A stretch of DNA of 64,000 nucleotides, taken from IMG/VR virus record IMGVR_UViG_3300043177_000122, positions 128,001 through 192,000 of that record; one strand, given 5' to 3'. Under the pieces are notes generated by a model that was not told where the DNA came from, made no database searches, and was given only the letters and a program-made list of their open reading frames with translations. Shown here piece by piece: positions 45,744 through 56,600 of this stretch. This DNA comes from a virus (taxonomy: Duplodnaviria; Caudoviricetes). A program made the translations under genes and the position numbers. Every line of letters starts with the position of its first letter. Position 1 is the first letter of the stretch.

Positions 45744-47968
45744 AACCATCCAGGCTCTATGTAAAAGATTTTATGTGCTATGATGATGCTTATATTGATT
45801 TTTCTCAGTTTAGTTCAGCATTAATTGTTGGGAAAACAGAAAACAATAATGAAGTTTCTAATGGTGTAGGTAAAACTACACTATTCCGAGCGATCGAATA
45901 TTTACTCTTTAACTATTCAGATGTTAATCTAGAGGATATTATTCGTGATGATGCTGATAAGTGTAGTGTGACATTTGATTTTATTGTTGGTAACGAAGAA
46001 TATAGAGTCACGCGCACGCGCACGCGCAAAGGCGCCACCGATCTTACGCTCTACAAACGTACTGCTCTAGATGGCGATGAAACCGAAGCTCTTCACTCTA
46101 TTAGTGGCGATCGTTATACTCCTATTGTAGATGATACTGATAAGTATTGGAAAGACATATCGGGCCGTCGCTCTGCCGATACAGATAAAGAGTTAGCCAA
46201 GTTAGTTAAAGTGAACTTGAAATCTTTTAGAATTTTCATACATTTTCTACAGCGCGATTTTGGCGGTTTAACCACCGCTACTCCTGAGGCTCGTAAGAAA
46301 ATTCTCAAAGATGCCTTGAACCTTATTGTATATTCAAAGCTAGAAAAGATTGCTAAAGATAAATCATCAGCCCTTTCTAAAGAGGCTGATAAGTTTCGTA
46401 CACTTATAAGTAGCTTAGGAGATCCAGATGCTGTTATGACAGACATCTCTGCTAAACTTATGGATGTAGAAAAAGAAATATCCGTTCGTTCTCTTAAAGT
46501 AGGAGATTTTGAAGTTCAGATTAATGTCATTAATGAAAAAATTAATCAACTAGTAAATGAGCATTCTAATCTAGAAAGTAAATTCTCTAATTTGGTGGCT
46601 AAAGAACAATCTCTTAATATTGAAAAAACAAAGATAGAAACTTCTATTAAAGAATATACTACTAAGAAATCTAATATAGTTAAACTTGCTCACGAAACCG
46701 TAGCAGAATTAAAAGAGTTTGAAGATACTCAAATTAAATTGGCTGAGCTAGATTTTAACCAAATAGATATTCTTTCAGAGAAGATTATTGCAAATAAAGA
46801 AAAGATAGCTCAGTTAAGTTTAACTATTCAAAATGATATGACGCGAGCTGAAAAGCTAAGAAAACCAATTCCTGAAGATGGCGAATGTGAAGAATGTCGT
46901 CAGCCTATCACAATAGAACATAGAAAAATTTGTCAGAAAAAAATCGATCAAGAATTGCGTGAAAAGCAAATTAACATTCAAAATTGTAAGAAAGAGATTT
47001 CAACTTTGAATACGGAGAATGCTGTTCACCAGCAAACTATTAATACGCTTACATTGTCTAAACAGAATCTTGAAAGTATCAATGGTAAAATATCTGCCAA
47101 AAAGAAAGAAGTGGCAGATAGGCGCACTATTCATGATGAGTATAAGATCCTACTAGATAAATTCAATGAGGAGTTGGAAGAGAAGATAAAAGAAATGGAT
47201 GCTATATCCCAGCAACTTCAAAATTCTTCAGCAATTAAAGAAGCTAAGATTCTTGAAAAACAAATACAAGAAGAAAAGCAAAAGGCAAAAACTATTGAGT
47301 CACAAAACTTGATTAACAATAAAGAGCTAAACCATTTTAATAGTACTAAAGCTGTTCTTCAGCATGATTTAAACCAAAGGATTGATGAAAAGCGCAAAAA
47401 GATTGAATACAGTAAACTACTTAAAGAAATTGAAGATAAACTGGGAATGTATCCGGCCGTTGTACAAGCATTTTCTAGTACTGGTATTCCTAATCTAATA
47501 ATTCAAAATGTCCTTGATGATTTACAAATTGAGTCCAATGCTTTACTTACGCAATTAAAACCTGGGTTGCAGTTATCTTTTTCTGTTGAAAAGACTATTG
47601 AAAAGACAGGAGACCAAGCGGACACTTTAGATATTCATTATACTGTTAATGGTAAAAAACGATATTATGAGAATATCTCTGGTGCTATGCAGTTGGCTGT
47701 CAATTTTAGTTTGAAATTGGGGCTTTCATTTTTGTTACAAAAATTAAGTGGTGTAGATGTTCGATTCCTATTATTAGATGAAATTGATCAGTCTTTGGAT
47801 AAAGCAAGTGTAGATTTCTTTGCAGATATAGTTAAGCTTTTCTCAAAGGACTATACTATTTTAGTCATTACCCATAATGATCGTTTGAAAGATAAATTCT
47901 CACATGCAGTATTGGTAGAACAAGATATAAACATGGTATCACGTGCGAAAGTTGTTTCATCGTGGTAA
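45740..47968 (+). CDS. sbcC: SbcC/Rad50-like ATPase
   Basis: SNGVGKT Walker A, coiled coils with CEEC zinc hook, ISGA signature, LLDEID Walker B, ITH. Confidence 0.92.
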   Translation: MKPSRLYVKDFMCYDDAYIDFSQFSSALIVGKTENNNEVSNGVGKTTLFRAIEYLLFNYSDVNLEDIIRDDADKCSVTFDFIVGNEEYRVTRTRTRKGATDLTLYKRTALDGDETEALHSISGDRYTPIVDDTDKYWKDISGRRSADTDKELAKLVKVNLKSFRIFIHFLQRDFGGLTTATPEARKKILKDALNLIVYSKLEKIAKDKSSALSKEADKFRTLISSLGDPDAVMTDISAKLMDVEKEISVRSLKVGDFEVQINVINEKINQLVNEHSNLESKFSNLVAKEQSLNIEKTKIETSIKEYTTKKSNIVKLAHETVAELKEFEDTQIKLAELDFNQIDILSEKIIANKEKIAQLSLTIQNDMTRAEKLRKPIPEDGECEECRQPITIEHRKICQKKIDQELREKQINIQNCKKEISTLNTENAVHQQTINTLTLSKQNLESINGKISAKKKEVADRRTIHDEYKILLDKFNEELEEKIKEMDAISQQLQNSSAIKEAKILEKQIQEEKQKAKTIESQNLINNKELNHFNSTKAVLQHDLNQRIDEKRKKIEYSKLLKEIEDKLGMYPAVVQAFSSTGIPNLIIQNVLDDLQIESNALLTQLKPGLQLSFSVEKTIEKTGDQADTLDIHYTVNGKKRYYENISGAMQLAVNFSLKLGLSFLLQKLSGVDVRFLLLDEIDQSLDKASVDFFADIVKLFSKDYTILVITHNDRLKDKFSHAVLVEQDINMVSRAKVVSSW

Positions 47969-47976
47969 GGGGCCAG

Positions 47977-48579
47977 ATGTATAAGATTGCAATCTGCGGC
48001 AAAGCCAATACAGGCAAAAACACATTAGCCAATCTATTGCTAGATGAGATTTTCAAAATTAATAATAATGAGTATTTTACTCCTAAGTTTATGGCATTTG
48101 CTGATCCAATCAAAGAGATTATAATGACCATGTTTCCGCGTGCTAACAAAGAATTTCTATATGGACCATCTCATTTTAGAGCGGAGGTTATTCCAGGAGC
48201 ATTTAAGGATGGTAAGCCTCTTACTTACCGTCAAGCACTAATTGATATTGGAACAGAAGTTGGTCGTAAGTATAGTGACCGTATTTGGTTAGAGAATTTT
48301 GACCATCGTTTTGAAAACTTATCAAAAGAGTCTTTTACATCCAATGTCGTGATTGTAACGGATGTTCGATTCCGAAATGAATTTGATCACCTAAAAGAAA
48401 AAGGATTTTTTCAGATACGTTTGTATCGAGATACTGGTGCCCCCGAGATTCAACATATTAGTGAAACCGGCCAAAGTTCTATTAAGGATGAAGAATTTGA
48501 CTATGTATTGTTTAATACTAAATCATTGGAAGAGCTAAGAGAGGAGGTTCGTTGTCAGATCATACCCAGAATTTCTTAA
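47977..48579 (+). CDS. deoxynucleoside monophosphate kinase
   Basis: GKANTGKN, FADPIKE, RQALIDIGTE.GR, VTDVRF.NE, H.SE. Confidence 0.88.
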   Translation: MYKIAICGKANTGKNTLANLLLDEIFKINNNEYFTPKFMAFADPIKEIIMTMFPRANKEFLYGPSHFRAEVIPGAFKDGKPLTYRQALIDIGTEVGRKYSDRIWLENFDHRFENLSKESFTSNVVIVTDVRFRNEFDHLKEKGFFQIRLYRDTGAPEIQHISETGQSSIKDEEFDYVLFNTKSLEELREEVRCQIIPRIS

Positions 48580-48614
48580 TAGGCAAGACTATTAATACTT
48601 TCGTATGTTCTCAA

Positions 48615-48929
48615 ATGAGCGTTGAAGCCCTAAAAAAGAATTTTGTACCGAAATACTTGGCGACAGGAGAGCGGAAATTCTATCGCTTTCTAATCCTTTA
48701 CGCTCTAAACAAACTAATATACATTGAAAAAGGCTCCTTCAAGGGTAAACCGCCCGAGTTGGAGTTTTTAGATTATTACGACCAATTCATAATTTTGTAT
48801 AGAAGAGAAGGTGAGGAAGTCTATTTAGAGCTAGCTAGAGTCTTTAGAAGGGTAGCTCATAAAGTTTATCGAGTTATGTTAAAAAAGAACATGACAGAAA
48901 GAAATGCAAAATTTCTCAATTTGGTATAA
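48615..48929 (+). CDS. hypothetical protein
   Basis: ATG 48615 preferred. Confidence 0.6.
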   Translation: MSVEALKKNFVPKYLATGERKFYRFLILYALNKLIYIEKGSFKGKPPELEFLDYYDQFIILYRREGEEVYLELARVFRRVAHKVYRVMLKKNMTERNAKFLNLV

Positions 48930-48930
48930 T

Positions 48931-49965
48931 ATGGCAGTTATTAGCGTTACAGTTACACAATCGTCAGAACAAGTAGTAGCAGGAATACCAAAAACAGTTT
49001 CCATTACTACTAACATCACATCCACTATTTTCTATACTTTGGATGGAACAGATCCAACCTTATTCTCTACTATTTATACTGGGCCTATTTTTTTACCATT
49101 TGACCAATTATTGGTTACGCTTAAAATATTAGCTACTAATGGTGTTGATTCATCTCCAATTGTGGTTGAGCAATATATGACCAACATAGTAGATGGTAAT
49201 GCACGTTTAGGGCATGCTGGAACTACCGCTCAAGCAGGGAGTGTAGTTCCGAATGCTTACCCATTTGGTACACCTCCATTTCAACCTCAACAAGGTTATG
49301 TTAATCCTGCCGAGGCTGGGCCATATGGTGGAGCTGTCTATAATCCAGAGCTACCAGCCACTCCTACAGGTTTTGATGGACAAGGTAACCCAACAGGGTA
49401 TACCAATCAGCCGTACAATATTACAAATTATCAGATAACATATACTAATAGAGATGCTTTGGGCAATCAAGGAAGCAACATCGGTAACTTACCAGGTAAA
49501 ACCATTTTACCCTATCCAAGTGATGTTCAACCAGACAAAGGGCAAACTTCAGGACAAGGTCCAGAAGAGACTAATCAATTTACATCATTATTTGATCCAC
49601 GAGCAATGGTTATTTTTCAGGATTTCAGTACCGAAGATCCAAGTGATCCTCCACAAATTAATAGACAGTTTTTCTCACTAGAAAATGCTGAGAGAGCAAG
49701 AGATGGAACTTTCTATTTTAATACAGGATTAGATGCTTCGGCTCCAGTTAGTGGTTCTTTTGTAAGAGCACATTACAATCCACGCACTAATACAATGACT
49801 CATTACTATAGAGATTCTTGGTCTAATAAATGGATTATTTCAACTGCACCTTATCAACCAACTGGAACATTTGATGGTAATATGGCTCAAATGGCAATGG
49901 GAACTAAGAGTGGCGCGGGAGTTATTTTTGAATGGTTGCCCTTCGCAAGACGTGTTCTATTCTAA
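48931..49965 (+). CDS. protein with N-terminal chitobiase/FN3-associated domain, Pro/Gly/Thr-rich (possible virion protein)
   Basis: IFYTLDGTDPT..S..YTGPI. Confidence 0.7.
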   Translation: MAVISVTVTQSSEQVVAGIPKTVSITTNITSTIFYTLDGTDPTLFSTIYTGPIFLPFDQLLVTLKILATNGVDSSPIVVEQYMTNIVDGNARLGHAGTTAQAGSVVPNAYPFGTPPFQPQQGYVNPAEAGPYGGAVYNPELPATPTGFDGQGNPTGYTNQPYNITNYQITYTNRDALGNQGSNIGNLPGKTILPYPSDVQPDKGQTSGQGPEETNQFTSLFDPRAMVIFQDFSTEDPSDPPQINRQFFSLENAERARDGTFYFNTGLDASAPVSGSFVRAHYNPRTNTMTHYYRDSWSNKWIISTAPYQPTGTFDGNMAQMAMGTKSGAGVIFEWLPFARRVLF

Positions 49966-50005
49966 ATCGATATATAAGTATTACACATTAAACGAAAGAA
50001 TATTA

Positions 50006-50791
50006 ATGACAGAAGATTTACGTTTGTCGGCGAGTAAAACCAAGACTTTCTTGGATTGTAAAGCCAAGTACAAGTTTTGTTATATTGAAAAACTGCCACG
50101 CAAAGACTGGGACTTTCATATTTTTGGCAAATTCTGCCATAGTGTTTTAGAGTTTTTTCACAAGCAGTATATTGAAGGTTGTTTGTTACCATACAATGTT
50201 ACAATGAATGATGCCTTTAAACATGCACTGGAAGAGTTTAAAGATAAGATGACTCCTGAAATGAAGAAGGAGTGTTTTCAAATTATTGACCAGTATTTGC
50301 GTTTAATTACCAAAGATAAACAAGGTGGCATGCCAGCCAACGTAATTGCGGTTGAAAAAAGATTTGACTTTGCCATCGCTGAAAATCTTGTATTAAACGG
50401 AGCAATTGACAGGATTCAATTGGATGTTGATAATGTAATCCACGTGGCGGACTACAAAACCACGAAAAACAAAAAATATCTCAAAAACGACTTCTTTCAG
50501 CTTTTAACATATGCTTATGTTATAGTGTCTGAAGACCCGAGTATAGAGAAAGTGCGAGCGTCTTATATTTTACTCAGACATAATTTTGAATATGTGACAG
50601 TTGAGTTTAATAAGGAAGAAATTTTAGCGGTAAAAGATAAGTACGAAGAGTATGCAAAGCAAATGCTTTCTGAGAAAGAGTTTAGACCAAATCCTACGAT
50701 TCTCTGTCGTTTCTGTGATTATTCTGATGTATGTGTAGAAGGAAAGAAAATGTTAGAACCTTCGAAAATATATGGAGAAGTTGCGTGGTAA
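50006..50791 (+). CDS. PD-(D/E)XK nuclease (RecB/AddB/Cas4-like)
   Basis: LSASK.KTFLDC...Y, G...H..LE, GAIDRI, ADYKT, QL..Y, CRFCDY..VC. Confidence 0.9.
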   Translation: MTEDLRLSASKTKTFLDCKAKYKFCYIEKLPRKDWDFHIFGKFCHSVLEFFHKQYIEGCLLPYNVTMNDAFKHALEEFKDKMTPEMKKECFQIIDQYLRLITKDKQGGMPANVIAVEKRFDFAIAENLVLNGAIDRIQLDVDNVIHVADYKTTKNKKYLKNDFFQLLTYAYVIVSEDPSIEKVRASYILLRHNFEYVTVEFNKEEILAVKDKYEEYAKQMLSEKEFRPNPTILCRFCDYSDVCVEGKKMLEPSKIYGEVAW

Positions 50792-50994
50792 ACAAAATTT
50801 GTAATAAAGCAATCAATGAAATTATTGAACAGCTTATTGCTAATGAAAGTCAACATAAAGTATCTCAAAGTGATCCGAATGCCACTTTTCAAGCTGTCGA
50901 TCTTAATGTTAAGTTTGTGCTAAACATTGAAGATAAAGATAACAGAGTAAAGCCGTTTCAGATGTTCTGCAATCCCGTAGTAGATTTAAAGTAA
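50785..50994 (+). CDS. small hypothetical protein
   Basis: GGAG RBS, GTG start. Confidence 0.45.
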   Translation: MVNKICNKAINEIIEQLIANESQHKVSQSDPNATFQAVDLNVKFVLNIEDKDNRVKPFQMFCNPVVDLK

Positions 50995-51003
50995 GAGGAA
51001 ACA

Positions 51004-52254
51004 ATGCAAATTGAAGTAACTGAATTAGAACCATGCAGATTGTCTGTTCACTATGAAGCTAACTTCCTGGAAATCTCTGATAAGAGAGCAGAAGTAGAAA
51101 ATGCTTTTAAGAAAGCCCCAGTGCCCGGATTTAGGCCAGGTAAGCCTGTACCACCAGACGCTATTAGGGTGTATTATCGTCAACAAATTGATGATTCTCT
51201 AAAGCGAGCTTTGGCAGAAGATGCATTTCACAATACTCTTTTCGAAAAGAAGATTAGACCACATGGCGCCCCTCGTTTCAATAATTTACTATTAGATGGT
51301 GGTAAGTTTACTTGTGATTTTGAAATTTTGACAAAACCAGATTTTGAAATTCCTGATTGGAAAAATATGGAAGTTGTAAAACCACATGGTGAAGTAGAGG
51401 CGTCTGTACTTGCCGAAAAGATGATGCAGGAGTTGCGTGTCCGTTTAGGTGAAGTATCTCCTTATGGCGATACGGACTTTGTTCAATCTGGCGATAATGT
51501 TCTCATCGATTACAAAGGTAGTGTAGACGGTGAAGTTGTAGAAAGCTTAGTTGCTGAAGGCGAAATGATTACCGTAGGTAATAGTCCATTAGCAGCATTT
51601 GATAACAACTTATTGGGCATGTCACTAGATGAGACTCGTGAATTTGATTTTATTGCTCCTGCTCAAGGGCTTCCTTCTTTAGCAGGAAAGACCATTCATT
51701 TCGTAGTTACTGTAAAGATGGGAACTAAAACTGTACCATGTGCTCTTGATGATGAAATGGCTAAGAAGATGGGTAAAACTACCTTTGCTGAATTGCAAGA
51801 AACTGTTGCTCAGGCTGCCTTTGCACGTTCAGCCAGTATGAAGAAACTAGCAATTCAAGAGGCTGTGGCCAGAAAGCTTGTTGATAGTGTTGATATTAAA
51901 GTTCCAAACTGGATGTCTTTGTCTGAGGCTCAATATTTGAGCCACCAATCACAAGTAGATTGGAATACTATGCCAGATGTAGACCGAGAGAAGATGATTG
52001 AAATGGCCGAGCAAAATGTTAAGCTATCTCTAATTTTAGATAAGATTAGAGAGGCTGAGCCAGAAGCACAGCTAACTGATCAAGAGGTGTTTGAAATCAT
52101 CAAGCAAAATTTGGCTAATACCAAAGTAACTCAAAGCTTAGATGAAGTTATTCAACAGATGAACAAGACTGGTTATTTGCAAATCTTGTTCTCACGTATT
52201 AAAGATGAAAATACTATGGACTTCATAGTGAAGTCAATAAAATTGATTGATTAA
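51004..52254 (+). CDS. tig: trigger factor
   Basis: VPGFRPGK ribosome-binding loop; FKBP-like domain (GD.V.IDY.G.VDGE, F...L.GM...E.REF); helical C-domain. Confidence 0.9.
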   Translation: MQIEVTELEPCRLSVHYEANFLEISDKRAEVENAFKKAPVPGFRPGKPVPPDAIRVYYRQQIDDSLKRALAEDAFHNTLFEKKIRPHGAPRFNNLLLDGGKFTCDFEILTKPDFEIPDWKNMEVVKPHGEVEASVLAEKMMQELRVRLGEVSPYGDTDFVQSGDNVLIDYKGSVDGEVVESLVAEGEMITVGNSPLAAFDNNLLGMSLDETREFDFIAPAQGLPSLAGKTIHFVVTVKMGTKTVPCALDDEMAKKMGKTTFAELQETVAQAAFARSASMKKLAIQEAVARKLVDSVDIKVPNWMSLSEAQYLSHQSQVDWNTMPDVDREKMIEMAEQNVKLSLILDKIREAEPEAQLTDQEVFEIIKQNLANTKVTQSLDEVIQQMNKTGYLQILFSRIKDENTMDFIVKSIKLID

Positions 52255-52269
52255 CAGGGAGAAAGTATA

Positions 52270-52590
52270 ATGGGAAAGAAAGATAATGGTCCTTTAACCT
52301 CTTTACCAAAGAAGTGGGACGATCTCATTAAGAAGATGCCGGAATTCAAAGACACTGCTGATGCAGCTAGTGTTGATGAATTAAAGAAAATTATCGTTGA
52401 ATGTGAGGGTAATATCTACACAGTCAATCGAGAAGAAGATGCAGATGATAAGTTAACCGCAGCTAGAGAAATGTCTAAAGAGCTAGCTGCTCCTTATCGT
52501 GATGCTAAGAAAGTACAACAGGCAAAAATTCAATATGCTCTACTTTGCTTAGAGAGCAAGGGAGTAGACCTAGATAACAAAGGCGACTAA
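52270..52590 (+). CDS. hypothetical protein
   Basis: GGAG RBS, 106 aa. Confidence 0.65.
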   Translation: MGKKDNGPLTSLPKKWDDLIKKMPEFKDTADAASVDELKKIIVECEGNIYTVNREEDADDKLTAAREMSKELAAPYRDAKKVQQAKIQYALLCLESKGVDLDNKGD

Positions 52591-52868
52591 TGAAAGTCGA
52601 AAGGTTCCTTATTCAAGCATGCTGTAACAAGAAGCAAATAGTTTTTAAACTAGATAGGCCAATTGATAATAGCTTACTTGAAGTTCTGAAAAGTAATGGG
52701 TATACAGAAGCTGCCCACTTTACTAAAGCAGGAATGCTATATGCCGATAATCTGGACTTAATAGTGACGGGTCCATTTGGTGGCGATAAGCTAAATGCTA
52801 AGTGTAAAAGAGCAGACTGTGACCAAATCCTCAATGATCTTGAGGCGTTGCTTGTCAGAACGGAGTGA
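52590..52868 (+). CDS. hypothetical protein
   Basis: 92 aa, TAATG overlap. Confidence 0.65.
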   Translation: MKVERFLIQACCNKKQIVFKLDRPIDNSLLEVLKSNGYTEAAHFTKAGMLYADNLDLIVTGPFGGDKLNAKCKRADCDQILNDLEALLVRTE

Positions 52869-52870
52869 GG

Positions 52871-53536
52871 ATGGCAAAGGGTAAAGGTTCTATCACTGAA
52901 GTCAGAAAGAAAGTTACCAAAACCCACGAATTTATTTCAACTTCCTATCATGAGGCAGGACATGCTGTTATTGCATTGTTATACCTTATGAAAGTTAGTT
53001 CCGTGTCTGTTTTTGAAAATAAGCAATTTAAAAGAATTCACGGTATTTGTTATTATGATTATCCTAGTGATTTTGATGAAATTCAAGACCCTGAATTATT
53101 GAATACTCTAGTTAGAGCAGAAATTGGTATTAGTTATGCTGGTTTAATTGCTGAAACTTCTTTATTTAGAAGTATTTCAGGGTCTAAACAAACTCCAACT
53201 TTTATCAGTTATGGTTCTGCAGATGATAACAAATCAGCCCGAGAGGTGATTAAAAAGTATAACCTGGCACCTCCAGGGCCTAAAAGAACAGCTTATAAAA
53301 GAAAATTAATGGCTGAAGTGCAAAATGAACTTCATGAACATTGGGACGCAGTGATGGCAATAGCTCATGCTCTTTTCCGTCATCGTCGATTGTCTTTTGT
53401 TGATTTACAAGAATTGCTGACTAAGAAGACTCGTAACAAAAAATTCTGGAAAGATCAATTCAAGAAGATTAGTTATTTTTACGATAATAGTCAGAACCTT
53501 GACGAAAAAGATTTGAAATCTATATTGTCAAGGTAA
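52871..53536 (+). CDS. M41/FtsH-like zinc metallopeptidase domain, standalone
   Basis: SYHEAGHAVIA; YAG..AE; G..DD; L.EHW..V..IA..L. Confidence 0.75.
   Translation: MAKGKGSITEVRKKVTKTHEFISTSYHEAGHAVIALLYLMKVSSVSVFENKQFKRIHGICYYDYPSDFDEIQDPELLNTLVRAEIGISYAGLIAETSLFRSISGSKQTPTFISYGSADDNKSAREVIKKYNLAPPGPKRTAYKRKLMAEVQNELHEHWDAVMAIAHALFRHRRLSFVDLQELLTKKTRNKKFWKDQFKKISYFYDNSQNLDEKDLKSILSR
53499..53526 (+). promoter_or_regulatory. sigma70-like promoter upstream of dnaE leader
   Basis: TTGACG (53499-504), 16 nt, TATATT (53521-26). Confidence 0.45.
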
Positions 53537-53551
53537 CGTAACCACCACACC

Positions 53552-53637
53552 GTATTCCCTGGCACAGTACACGCAGTCTATCCTTAGACTGAAAACTCCC
53601 CTGAGATTGGGTAAGATGTACATACGTGTTACAATAC
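53552..53637 (+). ncRNA. candidate structured cis-regulatory leader of dnaE
   Basis: Nested stems GTATT/AATAC, GTACACG/CGTGTTAC, CAGTCTA-tcct-TAGACTG and CCC-N8-GGG; ends 13 nt before GGAGG RBS. Confidence 0.45.
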
Positions 53638-53659
53638 ACAAACCATATCAGGAGGTCTT

Positions 53660-56600
53660 ATGACCGACTTTGTTTCGCTGCATAATCAGACGCAGTTTTC
53701 TATTCTTGATTCTATCATCACACCCAAGGCATTGTTCAAGCGAGCAAAAGAACTAGGGCAAACAGCAGTGGCAATAACAGACCATGGTTCTTTAGCTGGA
53801 ACATGGGATGCATGGAAGGCTTCAAAAGAAACTGGTGTAAAACTTATTATTGGATGTGAATGTTATTTTCAAGATGATGCCTCCAATGTTAATGAGAAAT
53901 TTCGTCACATTGTATTATTAGCCAAGAATGCTGTTGGCTATCGTAATTTGTTGACATTGAATAAGAAAGGTTTCGATCAGAGTTCCTTTGTTGGTAAGCG
54001 CGTTTATTCTGTGCTTGATTGGAAATTATTGGAACAGTATTCTGAAGGACTAATTTGTTTGACCGCTTGCGGTAATGGCATCATCAGCCAGCCTATTATG
54101 AAGGGTAAAATGGATGAAGCAGAGAAAACTCTGTTGCGCCTCAAAGATTTGTTTGCTGATAATTTGGGGATTGAAATTCAGCCCAACAACATGAAGCGCG
54201 GTTCAAATATCTTTAATGATGAAATTGATCAAGATTTTTTGAACAGACAATTAGTAAAGCTCGGCAAAAAACACAATGTTCGTGTTGTGGCTGCCTGTAA
54301 TGCTCATTATCTAACAAAAGAAGATGCGGATGTACATGACGCATTCCTTGCTATTGGTGCGCATCAGCCAAAACATTCTGGTTTCCGCCTTAAGTATCCG
54401 GTTCCCGAGTTTTATCTTAAAACGGGCGATGAAGTTAAAGAATTTTTTGCACGTGTTTATAAAGACGAAGCGCAAACCTTCGTAGATAATTCTATTTACT
54501 TTGCTAACTTGTGCGAGAAGCCTGAATGGATTGATCCGAAGTTTTCTAATCCATCAGGAAAAGAATTGCCAGTATTCCCTGTTAAAGATGAGCCTGATTA
54601 TCCTCAATTCCGTGAATGGGTTACCAAACAGCCAGAAGACATTCAGAAATTGGATGAGGATAAATTGTTCTTGCGCTACCGCTGTATTGAACGATTTGAT
54701 TCTCGTGTCAAGAATCTTACCCCAGAGCAACGTGAGCAATATAATAAACGTATAGAAGAGGAGCTGGATGTTTTAGAATTCCATGGATTCTCCAGTTATA
54801 TGCTCATTGTTGCAGATTTTATAGATTGGGCTAGAAAGCATGAAATTGCTGTAGGAGAAGGTCGAGGTTCTGTTGGCGGCTCACTAGTAGCTTATCTATT
54901 GGGAATTCACCAGGCCGATCCGATTAAATACAATTTGATTTTTGCTCGTTTTCATAATAAAGAAAAGAGTTCATTTCCAGATATTGATACTGACTTTGCG
55001 CCATCTGGTCGTGAGTTAGTTCAAAATTATTTGCGTAAGAAATATGGCGAAGATCATGTAGCACACGTTAGTAATGTTAACACAATTACACCAAAAGTGT
55101 ACGTTAAAGATATTGCGCGTATTTTTGAATTTGGAGGATCCAAAGAAGAAGCGTTTAAGATTGGCAATGAAGTTGCAAACTGTATTCCTGCAGATATACA
55201 CTCTATTGATGACGCTTTGACAAAAGTTCCCCTCTTTGCAGAGTATGCTAAGAAATATCCAGAGTTTGTAAAATACAAAGATATCTGTGGTAAATATCGA
55301 GCTTGGTCTACCCATGCTGGTGGTATCATTATCTCTGCCCGCCCTTTGACTGGACTCGTTCCGCTTAGAAAGGATAAGGATGGAGCCTTAGCCATTGAGT
55401 ATGATAAGGATAAAGCAGAAGAAAACGGCCTGGTCAAGATGGATACTTTGGGACTTTCAACTCTAGATATCATTGGTCAAGCTATGAAGTTAATTAAGGA
55501 GTCTGGCAAACCAGTTCCAGAAAATATTAGTTATGATGAATATGATCAAGAAGCATATGATATCATTTCTAGTGGCGATACATTTTGTGTATTCCAGTTA
55601 GGAACCTCTGGCGGAACTATTGATCTTTGTAAGCAGATTAAACCAAAGTCGGTTAATGATATTAGTTATATTAACTCTTTGGCAAGACCTTCTGCCCGAG
55701 ACATGCGTAAAGATTTTATCTTAACCAAAGTCGGCAAAAAACCATTCGCACTGTTGCATCCAACATTAGGTCGAGCATTCAATAATACATTCGGTTTCGG
55801 TCTTTATGAAGAGTCTTTGATGTATCTTGCCCAGGACGTAGCTGGATGGAGCTTACATGAAGCAGACCGTCTTCGTAAGTTAACTAAAGAAAAAGGTAAG
55901 AATCCTAAGAAGGTTCAAGAATGGAGAAATGAGTTTATTAAAGGCGCTGTAGAAAATAATGTAGATGAGGCTATTGCTAAACGTATTTGGGACGAAGTTG
56001 TTGATAAGTTCCAGGGTTACGGTTTTAACATGTCTCACAGTATTTTATACTCAATGACGAGTTACAAGACCGCTTATCTTAAAGCTCATTATCCAATTGA
56101 ATTCTTAATGGCTAACTTAATGGCAGAAGTTAAATCGAACTCTCCAGATGCAAAGGGCAACATTGAGAAGATCAAAAAAGAGATTCGTAAACGCAGGGTC
56201 AAAATTGTCCCTCCGGATATTAACAAATCACAACTATCTTATACCATTGAAGATGGTAACAAATTAATTACTGGTTTGGATGCAATTAAGTTTGTTGGTG
56301 CTGATGCTATAAATGATATTCTTGAAAAGAGACCTTTTACTAGTTTCTTTGATTTTATGTCTAGAGTTAGTTCAAAAACAGTTCGAGCAAATAGTATTCA
56401 GGCTTTAGCTGCATGTGGCGCGTTAGATTCGTTTGGTATTCCGCGCAAATTGATGTACTTGTATGTTTCTGACTATCGTAAGAAATTGCAAGTTTGGTTA
56501 AAGAAGCATGATCCTACTCAAGAGGAATTTATTTATCCATGGCCACAAGAGTCTGCTTGGACTATGCCAGAGATTTATGCTCTTGAGCATTATTATCTAG

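Noticed and set aside
46009-46030. GCACGC microsatellite in sbcC
   Set aside because: It simply encodes TRTRTRK in a beta strand; too short to imply phase variation.
50006-50791. CRISPR-Cas locus (Cas4-like nuclease)
   Set aside because: No repeat-spacer array or other cas genes seen; stand-alone Cas4-like/RecB nucleases are common in phages.
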